Of a stretch of 64,000 bases of DNA, positions 50,007 to 60,198 are shown one piece after another. Numbering within the stretch: position 1 is the stretch's first letter; every line of letters begins with the position of its first letter. The notes beneath the pieces are model-generated. The model was not told the DNA's origin, made no database searches, and saw only the letters and a list, made by a program, of their open reading frames with translations. A program made the translations under genes and the position numbers. The DNA comes from a virus (taxonomy: Duplodnaviria; Caudoviricetes). Location of the stretch: the IMG/VR virus record IMGVR_UViG_3300020577_004340, positions 1 to 64,000 of that record; one strand, given 5' to 3'.

Positions 50007-50250
50007 ATTATTACGAACACGAATTAATCTAGAATTAAATCACGATTTTTTCGGAGTTACTTTTGAATATAAAGAAAAATTACACGCTCAGATATTTGAT
50101 TTTTTATATAGGTCTAAAGGTGGATTTACATATACTGATGTCTATAAGATGCCAATATCGATTAGGACAATGTATATGAATAGGTTAGCTAAATATATAG
50201 AAGAAGAAATAGAAGAGATGAAAAAGGCTAAGAAGAAGAAACGTGGATAG
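50002..50250 (+). CDS. Downstream tail-chaperone segment (gp51-like), probably reached by +1 recoding
   Basis: FFGVT..Y...LH.QIF....GGFTYTDVYKMPI..R. Lies in the +1 frame with no ATG before the conserved part. Confidence 0.6.
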   Translation, partial: GKLLRTRINLELNHDFFGVTFEYKEKLHAQIFDFLYRSKGGFTYTDVYKMPISIRTMYMNRLAKYIEEEIEEMKKAKKKKRG

Positions 50251-50282
50251 TATTATATATATTTAGATAAGGCTATTCATAT

Positions 50283-50525
50283 ATGAATTCAAATAAAATT
50301 ATACAATTTCAGGAAAATATATTAAACAATATCGTTAAGATACTTGCGATACCTGACATCAAAAAGAAGCTTTCCAAAGTAGAATTGATGTGTGATGAAG
50401 ACCCAACTCTTAAGAGTAAATTCCAGGAGTTGGATTTTCATTACAAAGACTTAGAAAAACAACTTAAATTCTTCTGCATTAATAACATAGATTCGTATTT
50501 ATGTAAAGATTACAAAGGTAAATAA
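50283..50525 (+). CDS. Hypothetical protein
   Basis: Complete ORF before the tape measure gene. Confidence 0.5.
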   Translation: MNSNKIIQFQENILNNIVKILAIPDIKKKLSKVELMCDEDPTLKSKFQELDFHYKDLEKQLKFFCINNIDSYLCKDYKGK

Positions 50526-50527
50526 TA

Positions 50528-53500
50528 ATGCCCGAACTTAATATTAAAAATAATATAGCAAATGTTAAGGCGGCGATTAATCAGCTAGACACAGCTGCCA
50601 AAAAACTATCAGATAACTCCAATGCAGTTATGTTGATATTGAAAGCTGTTGATAAAGGAATGTTAACAACTACAGATCAAATTAAAAAAGGATTGGAGTT
50701 AGCAGGAACAGGTATCTTTGATAAGAAAGATATTAAAGCATTTCAAAATCAATTAAATTTATCGGAAAAAAATGTTGAGGAATTATCTAGATATTGGGAA
50801 AAAATACGTACCATTTCCAAAGATAATTTAAAGAGTTCAATTGAGTTTAAAGAGATATATGCAGAGAATGGGGATATTGTTGATACTCTATTAAATACAT
50901 ATAGCCAAATAGGAACTCAACAGAAAGATAATTTGAGAATTGAACAAAAATCATTTGATTTAAGTTCCAATTTAGTTGATAAATTAAAACAATTTTCATC
51001 CAATTTCAATAAATTGACCCCTGTAACAAAGGGTGTTAATATAGATCTTAGTAACAGTATTGAATCATTGGCTAAGATGACAGCGGAATCAGTTAAATTA
51101 AGTAATTTATTTGACCCTGCTCCTTTTGATTGGGGGACTCTAGAACCTCAAATCAATGCCGCTAAAACATTGATTGATGCATTGGAACAGGGAAAAAGTT
51201 CAATTGAACTACCTGATATTGGTGAATTGGATACTGGTAATGCTGTTGAAGTGATTACCAAAGCTCATGATATTGCAGTTGGTATGATTAATCAAGAATC
51301 TGCTATAAGAATGCAGAAATTGAAGACATACATCGCTGCACAAATGGGATTCCAATACGATTTACAGAATCAAATATTAACAAATTTAAATACACAAGAA
51401 AAATTAAATAAATCATCGGCTAATGAAAAGATAGCTGAAATAGAAACGATTGCTAAAGAGATGGATTTGTTATCAGATAAACTGATAGTAATGGATTCGT
51501 TGAATGCCACTGATAAGACTGTTTTAATGCAAAAGTTAAGTGTATATGATGATATATCTAAACAATTATTAATTCAAAATACTTCAGCAAAAAATATTGA
51601 AAATACTCATTTGTCACAATTGGAGACACAAAAGAGTCAGGTTGATGTATTGAAATCAGTATCTAGGCAGATGGAATCTCTTAGAGATATATCATATTCT
51701 GTACAAGAAGGTATCCAATCAATGTTCTCTGCATTACCATATTCAATGCAAAATTTATTAGGAATCCAAAATGTATCGGCTGAAATAGGTAAGGCTACCA
51801 ATAAAGCAACAGAAGCTTGGTTAACTACTATTAAGGCAAGTAAAGGCCAAGTAGCACCAACCGCTTCATTTTTAAAATCATTTGGAACTTCGATAACAAC
51901 TGCAATTGGTCCATTAGGATTATTATTGGCTGGTGTCGGGTTGATAGCTGCTACATTAATGGGATTTGAAAATGCTGTAGGTGATATTGCAAAGGATTTT
52001 GGTATATCAAGAAAGAAGGCATTGGAATTATATGATGCTAATAATCAGTTACTTACATCATATGGAAATCAATTAGTATCACTTGAAGATATTAATGCTG
52101 TACAAAAAGCACATTTAGATACCTATGGGCGTACAATGGATGTTACAACTGAAGCTAATAAATCAGCAATTATGTTCGCATCTAATATGGCAAATGCATT
52201 CAACATACCAATTGAAGATGCTTATTCATTGTCATCAACAATGCAAAAACTCGGAGCCGACCAATCATTAGCAGAAAACTTAATTGCTAACATGGGTTAC
52301 ATATCAGAGATGGCAGGTATATCTCCAAATATTATATCAAAAGATTTATTGGAATCAGCAGACGAATTATCTTTATATTTTGCAAATCAGCCAAAACAGG
52401 CAATGAAAGCAACTATTGAGATTAGACGTATGGGTATGTCATTGAAAAAAGCTGGAGAAATTGCAACAAAAATGTTGGATATCGAAGGATTTATGACTGA
52501 TATGACTGAATTGGCTGCAATGACAAATGGTGGTTTGAATTTATCTAAAGCATTTGATTTGAGAATGAATGGTGATATTGAAGGTATGACCAAATCAATT
52601 ATGACAGAAATTGGAAGTCTACAAAATTTTAATAATCAATCAGAATTTGTACAGCGAAAATTAGCCAATACATTGAATATGAGTGTCTCAGAATTAAAGA
52701 ATTCCGTTAAATTAAATGAATTAAATAATTCTTTAAGTAAAGAAGAAAAGGCACTACTAGAATCCAAGCTAGGGTCAATAGGTGATATATCAGGTATGAA
52801 TGCAGACCAGCTTAAACAAAAGGCTCAAGAATTGGACAACCAACAAAGATTGAGTGTAGCATTTGGTAAATTAAAAGGGGTATTAATAACGGCATTATTT
52901 CCATTAATGGAGTCATTATCAAGAACTATTACTGATTTATCACCTGCGTTTGATATATTTATTGGAGGTGTTAAATTGGCATCTAAATTATTAACTCCAT
53001 TAATTTGGGTTGCCCAAGGATTTTTAATTCCATTTAAACTATTAGGAGTTGTTATAGGTAGGATTAATGATATTTTAGAAGATGTTGTAAACTTCTTTTC
53101 TAAGTTGACTGGCCAATCAACCACGTTAAACGGTACGTTAGATGTAACGAGTGGATTAATTAAAGGTATAGGAGCATATTTAGGAATTAAATATTTAGGA
53201 AAATTAATTGGTATTACTAATTTAATTGGTAAATTAACACAGACATCAAATGCGGCAAGTACAGTAACCGAATCATTTCAGAATATTGGAAAAAGCACTT
53301 CATTCTTATCTAAACTTAAAGGTATGTTGACTGGTGAAGGTAGTTTAATTGGAAAATTATTTGGAAAGAATATTGGTGAAACTACTGCTGGAACTATGTC
53401 TGAAACACTGACTAAGAAGAAAGGGTTAATTGGTAGAATATTTGATAAAATAAATCCATTTAAAGGGCCATCCAAAACGATTATTGAAGATACGATAACA

Positions 53501-55498
53501 ACTACTGAAAAATCTGGTAATATATTTTCCAAATTTTGGGAATTATTGAGTACTGGTTTTAGTAAAGTATCTGAAAAATTTATAGATGTGGCTAAATCAA
53601 TAGTTAAAGGGGCGAAACAATTAATAGGGTCGATAACCAGTACTATAACATCAATGGTAAAGAATATTCTTAGTACTATTGAAAATGTGGCGAATAGTGT
53701 TATTAATACAGTATTTAATATAGGTAAGAATATTGCCGATAAAATAGTTAAGTTATTTAATACAACCCTACCAGATTTAGGTAAAGGTATCGTTAAAATA
53801 ACCAATAAAATAGTTAGCGGAATATCACAGAGTTTTAACTCGATTATTGATATGTTATCAAAAGGAATTAAAACGGTAAGTTCAGCTGCTGGAAAATTAA
53901 TTGAAAATTTATTAACAGGTTTGAGTAATGGGTTAAATAAATTTAACACTAAATCATTGATAGGTGCTTCTACGTTATTAGTTGTGTCTGGTGCTTTATA
54001 TGTAACTGCAAAAGCGGTACAAGAGTTTATCAATGTGGATTGGGAATCATTAGGAAAAGCTGGCGCGTCACTTTTAGGGTTAACTGGAATAGCTATGTTA
54101 CTAGGTAATTCAGCCCCAATGGCAATAGCTGGAGCCGCTGCATTATTGTTATTATCAGCTGCCTTAATACCTATGGCATATGGATTGAATATGTTTAATG
54201 ATATTTCATGGGAATCATTAGGAAAAGCTGGAGTGGCTTTATTAGGATTAACGGCAGCTGTTATTGGTTTAGGGGCTATTATGTTATCGGGAGTAGGCGC
54301 CGCTGCAATAATATCAGGTACAATTGCTTTAGCTGCTATGGGTGTTGCATTAATGCCTATAGGTATAGCACTTAAAATGTTAAGTGGGGGTATTGATTCA
54401 TTGGCCAATGCTAATTGGGATGGATTAAATAAAGGTATCCCAATATTATTATCAATGAGTACATCATTGTTAGCATTTACATTACTAAGCCCAGGATTAA
54501 TTCTAAGTAGTTTTGCCGTATTAACTCTTGCAGGTAGTATATTAGCATTATCAGCTAGTTTAATTACATTACCATCGCTCAAAACAACGTTAAACGAGCC
54601 TTTAATAGGTCTTAATCAAATCGATTCTGGTAATATAATAAAATTATCGGGTGGGTTGATAGCATTGTCCGGCGCCTTGGCTATATTTTCTGGTGGTAAT
54701 TTGTTGACAACATTTGTCAATATGTTAGCTGGTAATCCATTCAAAGAATTACAAGTATTGGCAGATATGTCCAATCCAATAAAGACCGTAGCAGATTCAA
54801 TTGTTTTATTGGTTAGTTCATTAAGTGATTTAGGTGTAATAGTTAGTTCATTACAATTGGAAAAATTAGGCGACTTAAAAAATATTAGTGTTCCAGATAT
54901 TCAAAGAAGTGTGATGGCGTCAGCTGATATTAATACCAATAATACAATGTCAGATAAATTAACAAATAGGTTGGTTGACGCAAAACAAATTCAAACACCA
55001 ACTAAATTTACGACACCTACTTCAATTGAAAGGCCTATTAATAATAACAGTCAACTGAATGAAATAAATAAAAATTTCTTCAGACGAACTGATATTAATG
55101 CCGGTGGAAATAGTTTAGTTGATAATAAAATTATTGATGCTAAACAATTATACATTAATACTGATAAAATTATTCCTAAAGATAATATTAAACCAATTGT
55201 TGATAAACGATATGAAATGCAACCATTGGATAATAGACCGCAGATTAATGTAAATAATCCAGTACCTACTATTCGTCCAGAAAATACACAAACAGAAGTA
55301 ATTGATAAACCTACAACTCCAAAACAAACTCAAGTAAAATATCCTGATGTTAATCAAGATAATAATAGATTGGTATTTGTGTTAACACAAATATTAACAG
55401 AAATTAGAAATTCTAATGGGAAACCAATACAAGTAAATTTATCAGATGATACTTTAAAATCGATGAATAAAAAAATGAAGGCGTGGAATAATAATTAA
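50528..55498 (+). CDS. Tape measure protein
   Basis: 1656 aa, helical, Ala/Gly/Leu-rich hydrophobic region, WESLGKAG repeats; follows tube and chaperone genes. Confidence 0.88.
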   Translation: MPELNIKNNIANVKAAINQLDTAAKKLSDNSNAVMLILKAVDKGMLTTTDQIKKGLELAGTGIFDKKDIKAFQNQLNLSEKNVEELSRYWEKIRTISKDNLKSSIEFKEIYAENGDIVDTLLNTYSQIGTQQKDNLRIEQKSFDLSSNLVDKLKQFSSNFNKLTPVTKGVNIDLSNSIESLAKMTAESVKLSNLFDPAPFDWGTLEPQINAAKTLIDALEQGKSSIELPDIGELDTGNAVEVITKAHDIAVGMINQESAIRMQKLKTYIAAQMGFQYDLQNQILTNLNTQEKLNKSSANEKIAEIETIAKEMDLLSDKLIVMDSLNATDKTVLMQKLSVYDDISKQLLIQNTSAKNIENTHLSQLETQKSQVDVLKSVSRQMESLRDISYSVQEGIQSMFSALPYSMQNLLGIQNVSAEIGKATNKATEAWLTTIKASKGQVAPTASFLKSFGTSITTAIGPLGLLLAGVGLIAATLMGFENAVGDIAKDFGISRKKALELYDANNQLLTSYGNQLVSLEDINAVQKAHLDTYGRTMDVTTEANKSAIMFASNMANAFNIPIEDAYSLSSTMQKLGADQSLAENLIANMGYISEMAGISPNIISKDLLESADELSLYFANQPKQAMKATIEIRRMGMSLKKAGEIATKMLDIEGFMTDMTELAAMTNGGLNLSKAFDLRMNGDIEGMTKSIMTEIGSLQNFNNQSEFVQRKLANTLNMSVSELKNSVKLNELNNSLSKEEKALLESKLGSIGDISGMNADQLKQKAQELDNQQRLSVAFGKLKGVLITALFPLMESLSRTITDLSPAFDIFIGGVKLASKLLTPLIWVAQGFLIPFKLLGVVIGRINDILEDVVNFFSKLTGQSTTLNGTLDVTSGLIKGIGAYLGIKYLGKLIGITNLIGKLTQTSNAASTVTESFQNIGKSTSFLSKLKGMLTGEGSLIGKLFGKNIGETTAGTMSETLTKKKGLIGRIFDKINPFKGPSKTIIEDTITTTEKSGNIFSKFWELLSTGFSKVSEKFIDVAKSIVKGAKQLIGSITSTITSMVKNILSTIENVANSVINTVFNIGKNIADKIVKLFNTTLPDLGKGIVKITNKIVSGISQSFNSIIDMLSKGIKTVSSAAGKLIENLLTGLSNGLNKFNTKSLIGASTLLVVSGALYVTAKAVQEFINVDWESLGKAGASLLGLTGIAMLLGNSAPMAIAGAAALLLLSAALIPMAYGLNMFNDISWESLGKAGVALLGLTAAVIGLGAIMLSGVGAAAIISGTIALAAMGVALMPIGIALKMLSGGIDSLANANWDGLNKGIPILLSMSTSLLAFTLLSPGLILSSFAVLTLAGSILALSASLITLPSLKTTLNEPLIGLNQIDSGNIIKLSGGLIALSGALAIFSGGNLLTTFVNMLAGNPFKELQVLADMSNPIKTVADSIVLLVSSLSDLGVIVSSLQLEKLGDLKNISVPDIQRSVMASADINTNNTMSDKLTNRLVDAKQIQTPTKFTTPTSIERPINNNSQLNEINKNFFRRTDINAGGNSLVDNKIIDAKQLYINTDKIIPKDNIKPIVDKRYEMQPLDNRPQINVNNPVPTIRPENTQTEVIDKPTTPKQTQVKYPDVNQDNNRLVFVLTQILTEIRNSNGKPIQVNLSDDTLKSMNKKMKAWNNN

Positions 55499-55545
55499 AT
55501 AATATTTGGAAATATGAAATAATTTTATTATATTCAAGAATAAAT

Positions 55546-56121
55546 ATGAGTTCAACATTAAGAGCAGGCGGTACATTATTTGCGTTTTATCCAATTCCAC
55601 CTAATTCTGGAATATGGAATAACAAAAAAAATAATGAAAATTTAATTCAGTTCAGGGCATTGATTACCAATATATCTGACTCTTCATCTCCACAATGGGG
55701 GGAGTCATTAGATATGGGTAGAGCTGACCCGAAATATATGTATCAATCGTATAGTAGAGTATTAACTGTTGAATTTATGACAGCTGCGTTGTACAAAGAT
55801 GAGCATTGGGGCTGGATAAATACATTGAATAGCTTAGTAGAAATGACGAAACCGATTTATAAAAATAATCTTGGTTATAATGGTGTCTATACCCAGATGA
55901 TAATAGGTGAATTGTATAATGAAATTGGAGTGTTACAATCAGTTGATTTTACTATTAACAATGAGACTCCATGGAAAGATGATATTCCAATGTACATTCA
56001 ATGTTCATTATCATTGAAAATTATTGGAAAAAATAAACCAAATTATAAAAAGAATTCTGGAAATTTAGGTACTCGTCCTAACAAGACAGGTAAATTTAAA
56101 TATGGGGAATGGTATAAATAA
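55546..56121 (+). CDS. Baseplate tube-initiator-like protein
   Basis: IQFRALIT..SD..SPQW....GRADP.Y.Y..YSR, ETPW. Confidence 0.6.
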   Translation: MSSTLRAGGTLFAFYPIPPNSGIWNNKKNNENLIQFRALITNISDSSSPQWGESLDMGRADPKYMYQSYSRVLTVEFMTAALYKDEHWGWINTLNSLVEMTKPIYKNNLGYNGVYTQMIIGELYNEIGVLQSVDFTINNETPWKDDIPMYIQCSLSLKIIGKNKPNYKKNSGNLGTRPNKTGKFKYGEWYK

Positions 56122-56429
56122 TGAGATATTCAGATAATGTACAGTTAATTAATGAATTGAGGCGGGGTAAAACTAAACGTAGATACGAAACGATGTTATA
56201 TCCTACTATCCCAATAAGTGATAAAGATACTTATATAATATCGACCGCAGGGGCTAGATGTGATAATTTGGCATATGAATACTATCGAGATCAGCGATTG
56301 TGGTGGGTTATATCCAGGGCAAATGATTTACCAGTTGGGGCTTTTATGATTCCTCCTGCACGTAGAATTAGAATTCCTGATATTAATTCATTTCAAATTA
56401 AAACTTTAATACAAGATAATCAATATTAA
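56121..56429 (+). CDS. LysM-like baseplate protein (gp53/tail X-like)
   Basis: RCDNLAYEYY.D..LWWVISRAN...RIRIP. Confidence 0.8.
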   Translation: MRYSDNVQLINELRRGKTKRRYETMLYPTIPISDKDTYIISTAGARCDNLAYEYYRDQRLWWVISRANDLPVGAFMIPPARRIRIPDINSFQIKTLIQDNQY

Positions 56430-58428
56430 TGAATCCATTCAGACGAAATCCAACAGGAAACGCAATATCTGATTTAAAAGCTAGGGCTTCTAAATATAGA
56501 AATGGGCCACATTACGATGCGGCTACTAGAAATCCGGCATGGATTCGTATTACTGGGAAAGGTCCAAAAGCAGGAAAGTCGGGAACTTATACAATACCAA
56601 AAGAACAAAATACATTTGCTGAGGCATACGGCAATCATTTTAAACCATCCCCAATACTATCAGATGCTACAATAACATTTGGTGGAGATTTTGGGTTGAC
56701 TATGACTTTAGAGGCAACTATTGAATGTCATTTAAAATCCGATTTTGAATTAGTAGAGAAGGCATTTTTATATCCGGGGTCAATAATTGATTTATCATTT
56801 GGTTATGGGAATCCTAGACCATCTGGATATTCTGACGGTCATAAATTTACTGGATTCAGAACTGCTACATATTCATTTAATACAACTGAACAGGGATTTT
56901 GGATTGCAAAATTTAAGGCAGTTGCTCCATCCGAAGCGGCTAAGACATTGGATATGTCAACATCGATATTTGCTAGTAATCTAACGTATTTAGATGGCGG
57001 AAAGACATATAAAGTGCATGGTATAGCTGAATTAATGGCACATGATGCTCAAGTTAATGGTCAGAAATCTATTGATGAATTGGCAGACGGTGAAACAATT
57101 ACCTCATTTAAATCACATGGATATAAAGAATCGCCTGGTGCTTGTGTTGTATTTACATCAGACCATTTAAAATCGGGTGGAGTAATGGCAAACTTCGCAG
57201 CTTCAATGATGGCAACGATTGGCGGTAGTACTTCAAGTGAAGTTACGGAATCTAAGAATATTCCGTATTATACACTTGAATATCTTGTTAACCGGGTAAT
57301 TATGGGTCAATTGAAAGAAACTCAGAACGCAGGAATCCATCCAAAAGATAAAGACGATTTTAAGAAAGTATCAATTAAATTTCATCCTAAATATTCGAAA
57401 TCGATTATAGATTTAAATATTCGAAATCGATTATAGATTTCCATATACAATCAGGGAGTCCAACAAAAATACTTTTATTAGGGTCTTCTTTAGGGGATTA
57501 TTTAAATTCAAAAGGTGCCGGGAAGAATTTTGAGAAAGCTCCTGCTATTAAATTAGGTTCTGTAAAATGTGTCACTAAAACAGAATCAGGTAAGAATGAA
57601 ATCGATTTCAAAAAAATATTAATTGAACGTTCTACTATATTAGCCGCATTAGGTGATATAGATAAAGCAAGACCACAGGCTAATAATACAGATGTTAAAC
57701 AATTTCAAGAAGGTGTTATTAATGTAGAGACCTTTTTAAATAATGTATTCAATCAAATAAAAGCAGCAACTGGTGGGGCAATTGCATTAAGATTAATTCA
57801 AAATCCAGATGAAGGAGATTCAGCAAAATTTGAACAGATTATTATAGATGAGAATTATGGTGTGGCTGATACTCTACAATGTATTGTATTTGACCCAATA
57901 GATGGTGATGGGTCAACTAGAACATGTTCAGTATCTTCCGGTGTAGGGTCACAAGAATATAAAGCTGGAATGTTTGCTGGTGCAATGAGAAAGGGAGATT
58001 CTGTAATGGCGGCTAAAGAAGCTTATTCAGATGTCGAACCCCAACGGGCTATTCAGTATGCCAAAGAAGTAATTAAACAAAAGGAAATAGTCAAAAGCCC
58101 AGGTGCATTAGGAGATTCACATTTTGACGCAGTACAACAAGATGCGTTGATGAATTGTATGGGGTCATTGCGACAAACGAGCCAAAACTCAGATAAATAT
58201 GATTTAAGTATGTATCCTGGAATGGGCATCGATGTATCATTAGACGGGGTTTGGGGGTTTGTTCCAGGAAATGCAATATCATCTACCCAATTAACATCTG
58301 GTTATTTTAAGACGAATTATTTCTTTGTGAAACAAGTTGTTCATACATTTTCCCAGTCAGATTGGGAAACTAAAATATCCGGTATATTATCTTTTTATTC
58401 TAATATTAAATATAATTATTTGAATTAA
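56429..58428 (+). CDS. Baseplate hub-like protein (~657 aa), split by a 26-bp duplication
   Basis: Removing one repeat copy joins the 56429 and 57862 ORFs in frame. FLYPG..I.LSFGY and VSLDG.WG..PGN...FFVKQVVH...WETKISG hub-like motifs. Confidence 0.7.
57389..57440 (+). repeat. Perfect 26-bp tandem duplication causing a frameshift
   Basis: aaatattcgaaatcgattatagattt x2. Confidence 0.95.
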
Positions 58429-58429
58429 T

Positions 58430-58984
58430 ATGTTACAAAAACCATATTTCGCCCCCCACCAAATACAAAGTGGTCAATACACATCAGGTAATGAATTTGT
58501 AGATGAATCTGGTAATGATTACATTGGGTTATATCATATATTACCTACTGGACAATGTTTTACAGAATCAACACAAACTGATAAATCAATTCTGTTATTA
58601 AAAAAACGTCTCGATTTGAGTGAATCTGGAAAAGTATTTAATAAAATTACTGATTTCAAAACTTTTAATTATGTATTACCTAAATCATATTTCCCACAAT
58701 TGACACCTAATGAATATGCAGCTGGACTTTTTACTCGATATTTCGTTCAGAAAAAAAACAATCCAATTTCAACAATTATGGAAATTGATGTTGAACAATA
58801 TGATAGTATTAATAATATCAATCAAGTTGGCATCAATGGGAATATCTATAATAAATGTATGGTAATTTGGAGAGTGTCTGGTCCTAAGGTTGACAGTTGG
58901 AATAAATTTTCTGTTTCAGTTGCACAACGAAATTTTCCATATTTAGAAACTTTCTTTACTAATTATTTGGAATTCACAAAATAA
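58430..58984 (+). CDS. Hypothetical baseplate-region protein
   Basis: YTSGNEF...YIGLYH, RYFVQK; context. Confidence 0.5.
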   Translation: MLQKPYFAPHQIQSGQYTSGNEFVDESGNDYIGLYHILPTGQCFTESTQTDKSILLLKKRLDLSESGKVFNKITDFKTFNYVLPKSYFPQLTPNEYAAGLFTRYFVQKKNNPISTIMEIDVEQYDSINNINQVGINGNIYNKCMVIWRVSGPKVDSWNKFSVSVAQRNFPYLETFFTNYLEFTK

Positions 58985-59013
58985 ATTTGTATATTAATAA
59001 TAAATAATAAAAT

Positions 59014-60198
59014 ATGATAAGTGCAAAAGTCATTAAACATTCTATTACTACCTTTTCCGAAGAAATTGCGACGTTAAAATTAGTATTTCCTAGATTTATC
59101 TTATCTGAATTGAATACACATAGAGTGTTTACTAAAAATTCGGCGTCAAGTCGAGCAATACCATTTCTTAAAATGGTTAAAACAGTAAAAGAAAATACCT
59201 TTATACCAATAGCATATCAGAAGAACCACTCAGGTATGCAAGGTACTGAATATTTATCCAAATCGGTTAAATATGGGTTAACGGCATTTATAGGTACGTT
59301 AATTGATACTTTACAAACTTTTACGAAAGATTCTAAAGATTATGATGTATTAAAGGCGGAAGTGGATGAAAAAGTTGCGATGATAGAAACTACATTGCTA
59401 CCATATAAATTTCAAGAAAAAACTTTAGATGAATGGTGGTTATTTGCAAGAGACAAAGCAATAGAAGCAGCTTGTATTATGTATTGTTTCGGGGTCACTA
59501 AGCAACTCTGTAATCGATTATTAGAACCTTTTATGTGGCATTCAGTTATTTTAACAGCAACTGAATTTGAAAACTTTTTTAAACAAAGATGTCCTAAATA
59601 TGCTCTCTTTTCTGAAAATATTCCTATCGAATTTAGAAGTAAAAAAGATTTACTTAGATATGTTAAACAAGTTGAGGCGCCAGAATTTAAAGATTCATAT
59701 GATAATCTTACACAATTAGAATGGTTGGAAATAAACGAAGGCCAAGCAGAAATACATATGATGGCTCTAGCTGAAGCTATGTGGGATGCTTTAAATGAAA
59801 GTACTCCACAATTACTACAACCAGGAGAGTGGCATATTCCTTATGAGGAATTAATAGATGTAAAAAGTATTCATCCATTAGATTATAAAACTAAAGATTC
59901 ATTTACACCAATTAAAGTTTCTACCGCAATGTGTGCGAGGGAGTCATATACTACAATTGGCGATGAGAAAGAGTTTACTATTGAAAAACAAATAGCTCTA
60001 CATGATAAATTAATTAATTCAGATCCAAAACATTGGTCTCCTACAGAACATTGTTCTAAAGCAATGACAGCTGTAGAAAGAATGAAGTTTCTTGTTACAT
60101 ACGAGGATTCAAAAGGAAATTATTCGATAAAATATGGAGTATGTAGAAATTATACTGGATTTATCCAATACAGACATTTGCTAGATACGGGAGTATGA
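59014..60198 (+). CDS. thyX: Flavin-dependent thymidylate synthase (ThyX-like)
   Basis: PRFILSELNTHR...NSASSRAIP, KQLCNRLLEPF, AEI, HWSPTEH. Confidence 0.8.
   Translation: MISAKVIKHSITTFSEEIATLKLVFPRFILSELNTHRVFTKNSASSRAIPFLKMVKTVKENTFIPIAYQKNHSGMQGTEYLSKSVKYGLTAFIGTLIDTLQTFTKDSKDYDVLKAEVDEKVAMIETTLLPYKFQEKTLDEWWLFARDKAIEAACIMYCFGVTKQLCNRLLEPFMWHSVILTATEFENFFKQRCPKYALFSENIPIEFRSKKDLLRYVKQVEAPEFKDSYDNLTQLEWLEINEGQAEIHMMALAEAMWDALNESTPQLLQPGEWHIPYEELIDVKSIHPLDYKTKDSFTPIKVSTAMCARESYTTIGDEKEFTIEKQIALHDKLINSDPKHWSPTEHCSKAMTAVERMKFLVTYEDSKGNYSIKYGVCRNYTGFIQYRHLLDTGV

Noticed and set aside
53278-54582. 434-aa minus-strand ORF
   Set aside because: Antisense shadow of the Ala/Gly/Leu-rich tape measure region; no motifs, and the window is otherwise plus-strand coding.
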